Source of the DNA: Nemertoderma westbladi | Lineage: Eukaryota; Animalia; Xenacoelomorpha | Length of the DNA: 37,566 nt | Direction of reading: 5' to 3' | Assembly (NCBI GenBank): GCA_032718475.1 | Contig: JAUCBJ010002392.1 | Span: forward strand, 1 to 37,566 | Shown: positions 37,319-37,566 of the stretch, piece after piece | Layout of the letters: each line of letters starts with the position of its first letter | Numbering within the stretch: the first letter of the stretch is position 1 | Position numbers and translations under genes: made by a program | The notes under the pieces: generated by a model | Database searches by the model: none | Seen by the model: only the letters and a program-made list of their open reading frames with translations | What the model was told of the DNA's origin: nothing

Positions 37319-37457
37319 GAGATACTCTACAGACCTGCAACACTCCCATAATCACATTTGATGGGGATGCATTCCACAGGTGTAGCCTCCCAGACCTTGG
37401 AGTTTACGTCGCAAAGTCTCTAGTCATAACAGGGAGATACCCATGGATGGCCTGGAG
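37319..37457 (+). CDS. Beta/gamma-crystallin domain protein, probable coding exon 3 (gene continues beyond the window)
   Basis: Pyrimidine-rich acceptor ...TTGTAG|GA completes Gly in phase 1. DTLQTCNTPIITFDGDAFHRCSLPDLGVYVAKSLVITGRYPWMAW. Phase-2 donor AG|GTAATA. Confidence 0.75.
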
Positions 37458-37566
37458 GTAATAATACAAAATATACGGTAATATTATATAATTTTATAAT
37501 TTATATTATAATTGTCAGTGGGAGAGAAACTTGAATACAAAACCAGCAGATTTACATTTTGTTTAC

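Overview
AT-rich eukaryotic (most likely invertebrate animal) genomic DNA; no prokaryotic genes, rRNA, tRNA or CRISPR array. The centre (15769-30833) is a ~15 kb satellite of about 400 copies of a 34-bp unit, interrupted once by a 1.4-kb hAT-type element with an 8-bp TSD. Host genes were read by hand. On + there is a spliced gene for a signal-peptide-bearing beta/gamma-crystallin (Greek key) protein, with exons 33791-33999, 35073-35227 and 37319-37457, continuing past the window. On - there is a divergently oriented paralogous first exon (11157-11428) with an in-frame TGA and a 36-bp duplication. The rest is mostly decayed, often nested mobile elements: an IS3EU-like transposase split by a Kolobok-like element, Tc1/mariner-, hAT- and piggyBac-like non-autonomous elements, a Merlin-like transposase fragment, a possible Crypton-like exon, RTE and RTE-X LINEs, Penelope and Gypsy RT remnants. 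TA-CAG/CTG-TA motifs resembling excision footprints are frequent. All family calls come from motif recognition by eye, not database searches.
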